A stretch of DNA of 64,000 nt, taken from contig NC_043018.1 in the NCBI RefSeq assembly GCF_006345805.1, forward strand, positions 8,990,001 through 9,054,000, read 5' to 3'. This DNA is from Octopus sinensis (taxonomy: Eukaryota). The notes beneath the pieces were generated by a model. That model had not been told where the DNA came from, made no database searches, and saw only the letters and a program-made list of their open reading frames with translations. Made by a program: the position numbers and the translations under genes. Numbering within the stretch: the first letter of the stretch is position 1; every line of letters starts with the position of its first letter. Shown piece by piece: positions 51,840 through 64,000 of the stretch.

Positions 51840-53710
51840 TTAAGAGATATAAAATTAGAAGCTATAAAATTGTGTGATTTTGATCTTGACAACAGAACTG
51901 AACCTTTTGTGCCTAGAAGGCCCAGAATTGCTTTGAAAGATCATAAAGAAAATTTCTTCTCCAACCCTAAAATTACATTAATTTGCCAAGGAAGTTCTGA
52001 CCTGGGTAAATTAAGTAAAATTATTCTAGACAAGTATATTCCCAAACTTAAGGAAACATTAAAATTAGATCTCTGATCCAATATCCAGGAAGTCATTGAT
52101 TGGTTTGATAAATTAGATAATAAAAGTAGAAGTAAATTAATTCAATTAGACATTAATAATTATTATTCTTCAATTAATCCCATTGTACTAAATAGTGCAC
52201 TTATTTTTGCTAGAAAAATTATAACCTAAGTTTAAGAGAAATTAAAGTTATTTTGGAAGCTAATAAGTCTATCATTCTATTCAATATCAAGTACTGGGCC
52301 AGAAAAAATACTACTGATTATTTTGACATAACCATGGGCTCAGCTGATTCTGCCCAAGTTACAGGCTTAGTAAGTATCTACATGCTATATCATTTCCATA
52401 ATGAATTCCCAGAAATTAAAGGTGGTCTCTATAGAGATGATGCACTATTTTTGATAAGTAGTAAATCTAATAGAAAAATAAACCTATATATGAAAAAGTT
52501 CCATAATTTCTTTAAAAGATTTAGTTTATCTATCTCTATAAAAAATGAACAGGATTCAGTTAATTACCTGGATGTAAATCTGAACCTTGTTACTGGCCTA
52601 TAGAGTCTGTATCATAAACCCAACATTAGTTTAAAATACATCAACTTTCACAGTAACCTAGAGCTATCACAAGAACTCTGGTTAATAACATTTCGAGACG
52701 TGTTTCCTATTTATCCTCTAATGAGGAAATCTTTAATAATAATGCCAAAAACTACAGTATATTGTAATAAGGAATGGGAAATACAACAAATCATATTATA
52801 ATAATAGAAAACTGATTGACAATGAAATGGGTGAATATAATAGTAGAAAAGTATCCAGTTTATTAGTAAACAGTAATAATATGATTAACAATAGTATTTA
52901 TATTAATAACAAAAGTAGTAAATATACTCTGAGTAAAAATAAATATTTAAATAAACTTAGGTCTAATGATAATAAATATATGCCATATACCAACCCAAAT
53001 ACATCCAATGATGTTAAGTATAATGAAGATAATTATATTTGGCTTATCATTCCTTATGCACAACAAATAGAAACGAATCTGGTCAAGCTATTTTACAGGT
53101 CTATATCTAAGCATTAATAAAGAAAATAAATATTATAAAATAATTAATAATAAAAGGATTAGAATGGGTTTTTCAGTATCTAAAAATTTGTTTAGAATTA
53201 TCTCCTCCTTTAATAATAAAAGTTTGGACAATTTTTATAATAAAAGAAAAAAATAATAATAATATTACTCATAATGATCTAGCTAGGAATTGTGATTGTA
53301 GATATAAGGATAAATGTTGATCTAATAATTTTTGTTTACAGAACAATATTGTATATAGATATAGGGTGGATTCGGAATGAAGAAATTATTTTTACATAGG
53401 ATCTACAGAAAACTTTATTAAAAAACGAATGTATAATAGTTTTCCCTCTGATTCCACACATCGACATTCAATTCCATATGATGTCATGTGAGTATATTTA
53501 TGTTTCATATTTTATATTGTATCTACATATTTATATTTATGTATATTTTTATGATGTATTCTGATGTTGAGAAATCTACTGACGAAATGAATTCCGACTC
53601 CTGAAATTTGTTCTCTTTTTATTAATCTTTATATTTCATGTTGCTCAATTAATTAGAGCGCTAAGTTGTTGTTCTGTACAGGGAGTTATTTTCCCTTCTA
53701 TCTGATCATA
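51840..53710 (+). mobile_element. Decayed Penelope-like retroelement (RT plus GIY-YIG)
   Basis: LKDHKENF..NP, FDITMGSADSAQV and GLYRDD RT motifs. CxC-x5-C-x5-C followed by IVY...YIGSTE..KKR at 53285-53437. Multiple stops and frameshifts. Confidence 0.85.
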
Positions 53711-53715
53711 TATAA

Positions 53716-53761
<46 letters not shown>

Positions 53762-54149
53762 CTAGCAGTATCGCCCGGGTTTGTAAGGGAAATAACTATA
53801 TAAGCATTTTTAGAGATGTAAAGTATAATAGCCATCTCAATATGGCTAACCACAAAGGGGGGGGGTATTACTGTAGCTTTTTACGTTCTGAGATTCAATA
53901 ATAAATTTTTAGAGAGTTACTTCCCTTATATATGCCAAAAATGCATTAAAAATGGGAAAAATTGATGGTAAATTTCTTTTTAAATCGTAGACTCATCGTA
54001 GACCCGCGCTAATACCCAGAAGGGCTCGATATGAATCACGACTATAAGATTCCCGGTTTTGGTTAAACTGCACCGCAAAATGTGGGAGTAGTTAGGAATC
54101 TAAATCGGTGTAGACAGACAGCACACAACCTCTCTTTTATATATAAAGA
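53762..54149 (-). mobile_element. Non-autonomous Helitron, same family as 8087-8435
   Basis: Reverse-complement match with TC start and CTAG end; 3' hairpin partly deleted; carries an internal segment absent from the 8-kb copy. Confidence 0.8.
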
Positions 54150-57100
54150 TATATATATATATATATATATATACATACTACAAAGTAAGATAGGGATTAA
54201 AGGTGTAACCCATTATGGGATAGCATTTAGCCAATATACTGTTGGTAATTTGTAGTCTTATCTTATATCTTATATGTATTGAATTATAAGATATATATGT
54301 ATGATATTAAGGTTCTCATTTTGATAAATGAATAAATAATCCAACATTATAATATCTGAAAGTTGATGAATAAACCAAATTTGTTTCTCCATTTTCTTAT
54401 TTGCATATATATAATACTAGCATACCCATGTCATAAGAAAGAAAGGGCTGCATACATTTGATTGTGTATGCAAGAGTGTGTGTGTGTGTGTGTGCATGCG
54501 TGTTTGTTTGTGTTTTATTAGAAAGATAATTGAAACCAGTGTTGTCAACAACAACTTATTTTGAAGATATTTTGAAATGTGATATCCACCTCTTGGAAAA
54601 ATGAAATAAGTTTTAATACCACAAATGGCAAGCATAGAAAGCACAGATAAACACTAAAGAAAGAAAGAAGTGAAAGTTTTAAGATACACCTCGCAGATGC
54701 TCTGGGTTGCATCATCGCTTCATCGCTAATGTTTCTAGGGTCCCGGGGGGGGGGGATTTCGAATCGTTCAAAATCAGAACCCCTTGCCCGGTTGACGCAA
54801 CTTGCAGTCCAATGACAGCAGACCACTGGTCTTCCTTGTTTCCCTAAAGCCATTTAGTAGCCTTCTCTGCAGCTTTAGTGATGGAATTTGTGGCCCCACC
54901 CCTTTTGCTGTGCCAATAACTCTTAGCCTAGTCAGTGACTTGCAGAATGAACACACCCAATATTTTGAAAAGAAAAGAGTTTTTGATATTTAATCTCATG
55001 TGTGTGTATGTGTACATCTGAAATTGATAACTTCTCATTAATTAATGATGAAATTTGCATTGTCATTTTGAATGAAATATCAGTGCAGCCGCTGCACAGC
55101 GGATCTTCACTCTAAAGTTCATATGCACTTAGCATCTCTTACAGTCACTACTACCCCTTTTGTTTTCTTACTTTCCCGTCTATCTGTGTGAAGCACACAG
55201 CATTTTATTATGCGAGATATGTGGAAATATATGTCACCACACACACACACACACACACGCATGAAGAAATATACACCACACATGTGCGCGTGCACACACA
55301 CACACACATGAAGAAACATACACCACACACATGCTCACGCACACACACACACACACAAGAAATATACACCACACCACACACATGCACGTGCACACACACA
55401 CATGAAGAAACATACACACACACACATGAAGAAACATACACACACACATGAAGAAACATACACCACACACACACGCGTGCAGAAAGATACATAAGTACAT
55501 ATATATTACACATATATATTACAATAGTTTACGATTGAATTGCTCGTGTTCAGTCCAACGCACAACAAACATCTCAACATGTCCTCTCCACCAGAGAATG
55601 CCTTGAGATTGTTTATTCAAACCCAGAAGTGAAGTCGATTACAATAAACTGGTGAAAACAATCATCCACGTATCTCTGTATTTCAATTTAAAAAAGAAAG
55701 TTTATCAAATCAAGATTTGATCACCGAGCAAAGCTGATGACTTTGGTTTCATGGAAATTCAGATGAAGAAACCTAACGGGATTAATGACAGCAAAATCTA
55801 ATAAACATCCTCTTTAAAGATAATTAGCAGTCATAAAATATCTATTGAATGTGACCTTGAATTTAAGAGTTTTTAATTCAAGAAGTCAGGAGCTACTGTA
55901 ACCTATTTAGATAAAAAAAAAAAGAAAGAAAGAAGAGAGAAAGCAAACAACTAGATAATGTTATCAAATGTTGTAAGCTGACGAAATATTTTAAATGATA
56001 ATGTCGACAAATGAAAACAGCAACCCACAGGGATAAAAGGTGAAGCTGACCTCACTAGGATTTGATCTTAGAATGTATAGAGTCAAAAGAAATACTGCAA
56101 TAAAGATTCTGCAAGATGCAGTACCAGGCAGTGACTCTCATGGTTTCTGATCTTAAATGACTAGAAGTGTTATCATGTACATATTTTGACTTGGTATAAA
56201 AGATGGGCAACAGCAAATATTTTGCTCAATACTGCAGATTTGCTTGTCAGTTGTTTGACCTTAACCAGTTGAACATGTCCCTAGTGGCTGATGATAAGTG
56301 CATCTCTGATCATGAGCAGGAAAAGTGGGAGAACATCATAGCCGTGTGTTGAAAGGAATTCTTTAGGATTTGATAATTCACCTCTGGAAACACGGATGTT
56401 TTATTCATCATCCTTAAACAACCCTTATTCAGGGACCTTTTGAGTGGGATGGGCTACTCAACCTGAAGAAAATTCTAACTAGGCCCCACCTGCAAGGTCA
56501 TGTGCTGTTTATCTTGATCTGAAATCACCATGTCACGCACATGTGGTTGTGAATCATGTACATGGTGTACCCTTATCAGATGGGTGGTCATGATGGGTAT
56601 ATTAGGCTTCATATATTTGTATCTCAGTGTCACTTTGACGTCATTCATCACTCTCTCATTCAATAACAACAACAACAACGGTTTCAAATTTTGACACAAG
56701 TTCAGTAATTTTAGGGGAGGTGATAAGTTGATTGCACTGACCCCAGTGTTTAACTGGTACTTATTTTATAGACTACAAAAGGATGAAAGGCAAAATCAAC
56801 CTTGGCGGAATTTGAACTCAGAACGTAAAGATGGACGATATGCCACTAAGCATTTTACCAGGCATGCTAACAATTATGTCAACTCACCACCTTAATAATA
56901 ATAATAATAATAATAATGATAATCAAAAGAGCACAAGTGTAGACATGACAAGGTAACCCAAAACCTCCATAAGTATGGATATGAGATTACAGGTGTTTAG
57001 TACCAACATACACCGGAAAAGGTAATGGATGAAAAGGGGAAGGCAAAATTCCTCTGGGACTTTGACTTCCAGTCAGACAAGGTGTTAGAGTACCAAAGGC

Positions 57101-59342
57101 CAGATATATGTTGCGTGTGCAGAAAAAGCTCACTTGAAAAAGAAATGACTTTTATAAGTGTCACGGTCAATGAAAATATTGTTTGAGACATTAACGATTG
57201 AGGATATTATATACTACAAAAAAACGGAAGCAGCCGAAATTCAAGACTAGAAACTAAGATTATTCGCATTTCTATGGTGAGTTTGATCAACAATGTATTG
57301 TTTCTTTATCTATATCGACTTACTGAGACAAATACATATGAACTGTTAAACAAGTCTTATTCAAATTATTGATGAGTTGATCCTTACTTTTTAGTAAATG
57401 GATACTCTTTTACTTGTTTCGGTCATTTGACTGTGGCCATGCTGGAGCACCGCCTTTAGCTGAGCAAATCGACCCCAGGACTTATTCTTTGTACGCTTAG
57501 TACTTATTCTATCGGTCTCTTTGGCCGAACCACTAAGTTACGGGAACGTAAACACACCAGCATCGGTTGTCAAGCGATGCTAGAGGGACAAACATACACA
57601 AACATATACACACATACACACACATATATATATATATACATACACAACGGGCTTCTTTCAGTTTTCGTCTACCAAATCCACTCACAAGGCTTTGGTCGGC
57701 CCGAGGCTATAGTAAAAGACACCTGCCCAAGGTGCCAAGCAGTGGGACTGAACCCAGAACCATGTGGTTCGTAAGCAAACTACTTACCACACAGCCAATA
57801 TTGAACGAACAAAATTCAAAACCAATTGAAAAAAACTTAGTGTCTATATATATTCATATAAATATATGCACGTAAATACACATGTAGAAACATGTATATA
57901 AATATATGCACGTAAATAAACATGTAGAAACATGTATTATACACATGCATGACATGTTAGAGAGATTTTCTTTGTTTTTTAATTGGGAAAAAAGTTGGGG
58001 GGGGGGGGCAAAAGATGGTTTGTCCCCCATTCCTGGAAAAGTGGTGTGGGACTTTTCCCCTGGTACCCTCCCTGAAAAAAGGCCCTTGGCTGGATCTATC
58101 CTACACATGATAATATGTTTGACAATAATGATGATGATAATGTTGATGATGATGGTGGTGATGCTGATAATATTGATGATGATGGTGGTGGTGGTGGTGG
58201 TGGTGATATATAAATGCATTCACTGGCTGTCAGAGGTTGCTAATGATGCCCTTCATGCTTGTTCTGAATGTTTTTCCTTTTTGTTTTCTGTATGCTAGAT
58301 TAATAATTGTGTATCTAATGTAATCTGTTTGTTTGTTTGTTTACTTTTCTCTTTGTTTCTTTTTTTTATGTATATATTTTATTTTTTCTCAGACACAAAG
58401 ACAACAAACGTTTTCTTCAACGAAGGACTTGGTACTCAGACCTGCACAGTTTTTCAGGTTTCATTCAACCACATTTCAAGTGTCGTTTGTCTTAAAGTAG
58501 TTGATCTGTTTCTTTATCTCAATAGTTTGGCGAACACTAAAGGTTATGTCTTTTAAAACCTATGATAACTGACAAACTATCCACAGGGGGGCACATGTAG
58601 TGGTGGTGTGGTGGTGGTGGTGAGGGTAGCAGTAGTAGTAGCAGCAGCAGCAATCCATATCTATACCTTGGCTTCAATTCTTGGTTAAGATATTTCACTT
58701 CACTCACACATCATACATGCAAACTGGCTTGCAGCCATTAACCCAACAAGGAATGCCCATCGTTTACTCTTTTACTTGTTTCAGTCATTTGACTGTGGCC
58801 ATGCTGGAGCACCGCCTTTAGTCGAGCAAATCAACCCCAGGATTTATTCTTTGTAAGCCCAGTACTTATTCTATCTGTGTCTTTTTGTCAACTGCTAAGG
58901 GAAGGGGGGGATGAAAAGAGTCAGGTGGGGTGGTTATGAACAAGGGTTATATATTTGGGTACTCTATTTTCAATGCTGAGTACTCTGTTCTTTTATGTAC
59001 ACTGAAGTTCTAGGCATCCACACAGCGAATTTGATGGTATAAAAAACTCTTCAACATATTAGAGACTCCCAAATTTCAGCAGCAGATATTCAAGGATAAA
59101 AAAAAAAAATTTTAGTGTATTAAATCATGAAATATTTAAAGCAAATTCACAATAGGCATAGGAGTGGCTGTGTGGTAAGTAGCTTGCTTACCAACCACAA
59201 GGTTCTGGGTTCAGTCCCACTGCGCAGCACCTTGGGTAAATGTCTTCTACTATAGCCTCGGGCCAACCAAAGCCTTGTGAGTGGATTTGGTAGACGGAAA
59301 CTGAAAGAAGCCTGTCGTATATATGTGGTGTGTATATATATA

Positions 59343-59394
<52 letters not shown>

Positions 59395-61760
59395 GTTTGT
59401 GTCTGTCCCCCCAACATCGCTTGACAACTGATGCTGGTGTGTTTATGTCCCCGTAACTTAGCAGTTCAGCAATAGAGACTGACAGAATAAGTACTGGGCT
59501 TACAAAGAATAAGTCCTGGGGTCGATTTGCTCGATTAAAAGGCGGTGCTCCAGCATGACCACAGTCAAATGACTGAAACAAGTAAAAGAGTAAATTCACA
59601 ATAGTGGAATTTGGGGTGGTTTTTCTGAAACATTTTCTGGGAAAGAAAGTTCATCTTAGACGCCATCAAAAGCAGTTTTCTATAGAGTTTATTTCTGTTT
59701 TACATAAAGTAAAACAGTAAAAGAATGGAAATGTCCTTCGTTTTTATTGTTGTCATGCGACTGCCCTTCCTGCCATGACTCACTGTCCTACTTTCAGTCA
59801 CCCAAGTAGATGTTTGTTACTAATCAAGAGATGCTGGTTAGTTTATCCACCCAAAGATGGAGTAGGACTGTATGGGAAGAAAGAAAAGGAAAGGAAGAAA
59901 GAAGGAAAAAATGAAAACAAAAATGAGAAAAGAAAATATAGAAAATATAGAAAAGATAATCTGAAAAAAAAGAAAAACGGAAGTAATCAAAACATAAAGA
60001 GAGAGAGAGGAAGAGAGAAAATGAAAGACAAATAGAGACAGAAAGAGAAAGGCAGAAAAAATATGTTTCTTTATTAGCCACCAGGGCTGAACAGAGGGAG
60101 ACAAATTACAAAGTGGAGCTTTTCTTTTTGGGGAGGAAAAACAGGGTGGGGGGGTATTTTCAATCAAAAGGGATCGTAAAAAAAGAAAGAAAAAAGGAAA
60201 AAAAAACGATCAATAGGGATCGTGTATCACAGAAATGTCATTATGTAAAGTGTAAAGGGGGAAACAGATAAGATTTATCTGTGGAAAGAAAAGCCTACGG
60301 AAAAAAGACCATGGTAACCTCGGTCTCATATTAACACATTTATTTGCAAGTAAGTAACTCTCTGTTTTAACCCAAAAGGCAAATAGTAGGGTATTAGTTT
60401 GATGATCTATTGCCAAGTGCCAAACGTAATTCATAAGGCCTGATGGAAAAGTTGACCCAGCAATTATAATTACAAAAAAAATTCAGAAATGTGGTCATCA
60501 TTTGTAATTAACTAATTTATTACTAATAGGTCTATTTTTCTTTTTTTTTTTCTTTCAATTAAGTCATTAGCCCTTTAGCATTTAAACCAATCAAACATGA
60601 CCCAAATATTCAAACTGGCCAGGTCTGGCCTATCACTCCTACACTACATTAAGGCTGATCCCAAGACACTACACTTTATGAAGGAGATGATTAAGGACTA
60701 AGATATCTGGCACATTGCAGTACTCAAGAAAACCTAACCACCACAGCAAAACTGCTTCTGGTGCTGATACCACGTAAAAAGTACCAAGTACACTCTGTAG
60801 AGTGGCTGACATTAGAAAGGGCATCCAGCTGTAGAAACCATGCCAAAACAGAGCTTGGTGAAGCCCCTCGCTTTACTAGTTGTGGTCAAACCATCCAACC
60901 CATGCCAGCAGAGAAAATGGATGTTAAATGATGACCATCATCCTAATTTAACATCCGTTTTTCCATGCTGGCATGGGTCGGACGGTTTGACTGGAGCTGG
61001 CAGGGTAGAAGACTGCATCAGGCTTGGGTGTCTGTTTTGGCAGGGATTTTACATCTGGATGCCCTTCCTAACACCAACCACCCTACAGATTGGACTGAGT
61101 TCTTTTTATGTGGCACCATCACAGGTGAGGTCAGTTTTGGCAAGGTTTTTACAGCTGGATGCCCTTCCAAATGCCAACCGCTTTACAATGTAGACTGGAT
61201 GCATTTTATGTAGCACCAGCACTGGCAGGGTCACTTAAGACAAAGATCCTTAGAAATCTCAAAGCTACAACAGGTGTTGGTTTGCTTATATCCCTGTAAC
61301 TTAGCAGTTCAGCAAAGGAGACTGAAAGAATAACAACCAAAAAAAAAAAAAGAAATATCAATTTGTTTGACTAAAATCCCTTGAAGGCAGCGCTGCAGCA
61401 TGGCCACAGTCCAATGAGTGAAACAAGTAAAAGATAAAAAAAGATTCCAGACTCACTTTTACTTTGCTCAAGGCAGCCATCATGCTTGCAATATTTTTTC
61501 TTTCTTCTTCTAGTTTCTTTTTGTTCAACTTTAATTTCATTAACCCCTTGTAATCCTCCACCTGATATTGAAAAGAAAAACAAAAAAAAACATGTACCAG
61601 AATTAATTAATACAGAATAATTTACATATTTTAGACAAGAAATTAACAGATATAATTAATTGTTTTGATGCCAACCTGCATGAGACTGTCCTTGCATCTA
61701 TGACTCAAACTGCCAATTGTAAAGTGATTAAAATTACCCCTTTAGCATTTAAACCAGCTA

Positions 61761-62071
61761 TTTATTTATTTATTTATGCCCCCTTTTCAAGCCTAGCCAG
61801 GCCCATGGGCCCGGTTTCTGTGGCGTATGTGTTCCCCCCCAGCTGGACGGGATGCCAGTCCATCGCAGCGTTACTCAAGAAACAGGAAGAAAGAGAGAAA
61901 GTTGGGGCAAAAAGTACAACAGGGGTTCACCACCATCCCCTGCCGGAGCCTCATGGAGCTTCAGGTGTTTCCGCTTAATAAACATACACAACGCCTGGTC
62001 TGGGAATTGAAACCACGATCCTCCGACCGTTAGTCCGCTGCCCTAACCACTGGGCCATTGCACCTCCACAA
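61761..62071 (-). mobile_element. tRNA-derived SINE with 12-bp TSD and (TAAA)n tail
   Basis: Same head as 31978-32366; TSD ttaaaccagcta at 61749-61760 and 62072-62083. Confidence 0.85.
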
Positions 62072-63328
62072 TTAAACCAGCTACCGTATTTTAATGTGTA
62101 TAAGGAACCCTTTTTTGTCAAAAATTAGGTTAAAAAGATATGGGAGTTTCTTATACAAAGATAATATTATAATTCTTTACAAAACCTTTTTTCCAAATTT
62201 TAAGCCCCCAAAATTAGGGGGTTCCTTATATACATTAAAATATGGTGTATCCAACCCAAATAGTCTACCTGTTTTATGTTCAAACTGTCAGAACCTGGCC
62301 TCTTATGCCAACCCCACAATGTTATTCTAAAAATAAACAAGCACATCATCAAAATCTCAAAAGCCACAAGATAATGCCTGATTAATTCAAAACAATGTGA
62401 ATAAATAAGCATTACATTGGATAGAGTTAATCTGAATGCTAAAGGATTAAAGCCTTCCATCAAAATTTCATTTTAATTTAGATACCCAAAACCAGTTTAA
62501 TAATGACAAAGTTATTTTAGAGATTTTGGCTGCTATTTTTATTATAGCCTCCTCACTGACTCACTTAAAGCCATGATGGGCAATTACACTTCCTATCACA
62601 TCATTAATGGCCTCAGCTCCTCAGATCTGACTGGTCACATAGTAACTACTCCACCCCAACACCCAATCCCACACTGACCACTGTGCTCTGTCCTTTCTCT
62701 GTATTACATCATCCATCTGGAATCTTTTCTCTGTTCATGTCTTTCTTGCAGGTGCTGACTTGCAACAATTTAAACACAACATTAACAGCATCAACCCCAC
62801 TAGTCATGCAGGGCCTACAAAGGTCATGGACACTGCTACTTCCTTCAGACTTCTTCATCCTTTTCTTTTTTCATGATTTCCATGCTGTCATGGGTTGAAC
62901 GTTTTAACACGACCCAACAAATCAGAGGACCACATGTCTTAATCTAGTGTTTCTGTTTAGGCACAGTTTCTATGGCTGGGTGCCCTTCCTGACACCAACC
63001 ACTTTATAGAGTGTGCTGGAGACTTTTTTCAGGGCACCAGCACTAGTGAGGTTGCCTTGTAATTTGCAAACCTATTGAGCCCCTTTGCCTGAGAGGGAGA
63101 ACAGAAGATAGTGCGATCACTTTAAGTGAGGTGTTGATGATGAGAGGGGCAAGACAGATTTATTGTTAGGAGGAAGGAACCAATACATCTTTGGTAAATT
63201 CCTTGCCATGCTTTTAAGCGGCAAAGTAATTACATTGTTAAATATTATTTCAAGTTTGTATTCATTGAATAAACACATCACATTTTATTAACAATCAATA
63301 AATGTCAAACATCTAAGCCATAACTTAC

Positions 63329-63655
63329 CAATTCTTCAATTTCCATTTTCGCAATATTCCGCACTGCTACATTGGTTTTCAGTTCACCTAGGTTTTGCAA
63401 TTTTTCAGCCAAATTCAAAGCAACGTTTACGGTAGGAGTACGACTTTCAACAGAGCGATTTACATACAGAGCAGACTCTGAAAGGAACCGAACAGGCTGA
63501 AGTCCACAATACCAAAATTTTCTGACATCATCACTATGCTGTGGACTGGAACCACCCAACGGCTTGTTCCTTGGTGATAATGCTGTGCAGTGGTAAAGAA
63601 TTCTTGACTTCTGATTCAGTAGAAGTTTTTGAGTTGAAAGTCTGATTGCTGCCAT
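63329..63655 (-). CDS. Coding exon 1 (109 codons, MAAIRLSTQK...KMEIEEL) of a multi-exon gene; possible mitochondrial presequence
   Basis: Non-repetitive ORF from ATG 63655. Strong donor TTG|gtaagt at 63328 (phase 0). Upstream acceptor ttttgataccaatag| at 63672 implies a 5'UTR exon beyond the window. The first ~40 aa are rich in R/K/S/L and lack D/E. Confidence 0.8.
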
Positions 63656-64000
63656 TTCATAAGAGAAAGTGCTATTGGTATCAAAATAATGAAAGATGAC
63701 AATATTTGTTCTCTACTAACTAGGATCACGGTTAGGGATTGTATTCATCCAGGAGGTAAAAACAGATAATCAGCTTGTAATTCCCTTGAGAAGACTTCAT
63801 ACTGTAAAATAAGGAAATAAAAGTGTTTAACCCTTTAGCATTCAAACTGGCCATATCCGGCCAAATTATTTTACTTGTTTAATGTTCAAATTGACCAGAT
63901 CAGGCCTCTCACACTTACCCTACAATGTCATTTTAAAAACAAACAATCACATCATCAAAATCTGAAAACTACAAGATAATTCTTTGATAAATTCAAAATA

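Noticed and set aside
53285-53437. In-frame TGA (53318-53320) beside the Cys motif of the Penelope GIY-YIG region as possible selenocysteine
   Set aside because: All four Cys of the motif are present as TGT and the TGA occupies a non-Cys position. A second TGA and frameshifts show general decay.
53575-53625. CTGACGA...GAAA hammerhead-like motif in the Penelope 3' region
   Set aside because: Stem II does not pair and there is no clear cleavage triplet; at most a decayed remnant.
55210-55490. H/T/E-rich ORFs and the cacacacatgaagaaacata repeat
   Set aside because: Compound microsatellite-derived repeat with no splice or coding support.

Overview
Eukaryotic, AT-rich, repeat- and microsatellite-dense DNA. 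The SINE families resemble those of octopus (coleoid cephalopod); the organism call is inference. The window appears to lie inside one minus-strand, multi-exon protein-coding gene. I assembled by eye a phase-consistent chain of 14 small exons from an ATG at 63655 to a donor at 2451 (393 codons, continuing past the last exon found). The N-terminus looks like a mitochondrial presequence; the family is unresolved and several internal exons are tentative. The introns hold tRNA-derived SINEs, RTE/CR1/R4-type LINE fragments, a decayed Penelope-like element, mariner remnants, non-autonomous Helitrons and piggyBac-like MITEs. The main observations are: (1) an intact minimal type I hammerhead ribozyme motif at 40120-40169, sense to the host pre-mRNA, with two degenerate sister copies forming a ~200-bp hairpin; (2) a ~3.7-kb palindrome at 16401-20086 whose arms, where compared, differ only by 1-bp indels, so it is either real but unpolished or a long-read artefact; (3) near-identical ~310-bp inverted repeats bracketing the last exon found; (4) several smaller palindromes and minisatellites. 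Almost all ORFs in the supplied track are microsatellite or SINE read-throughs. No database searches were possible.
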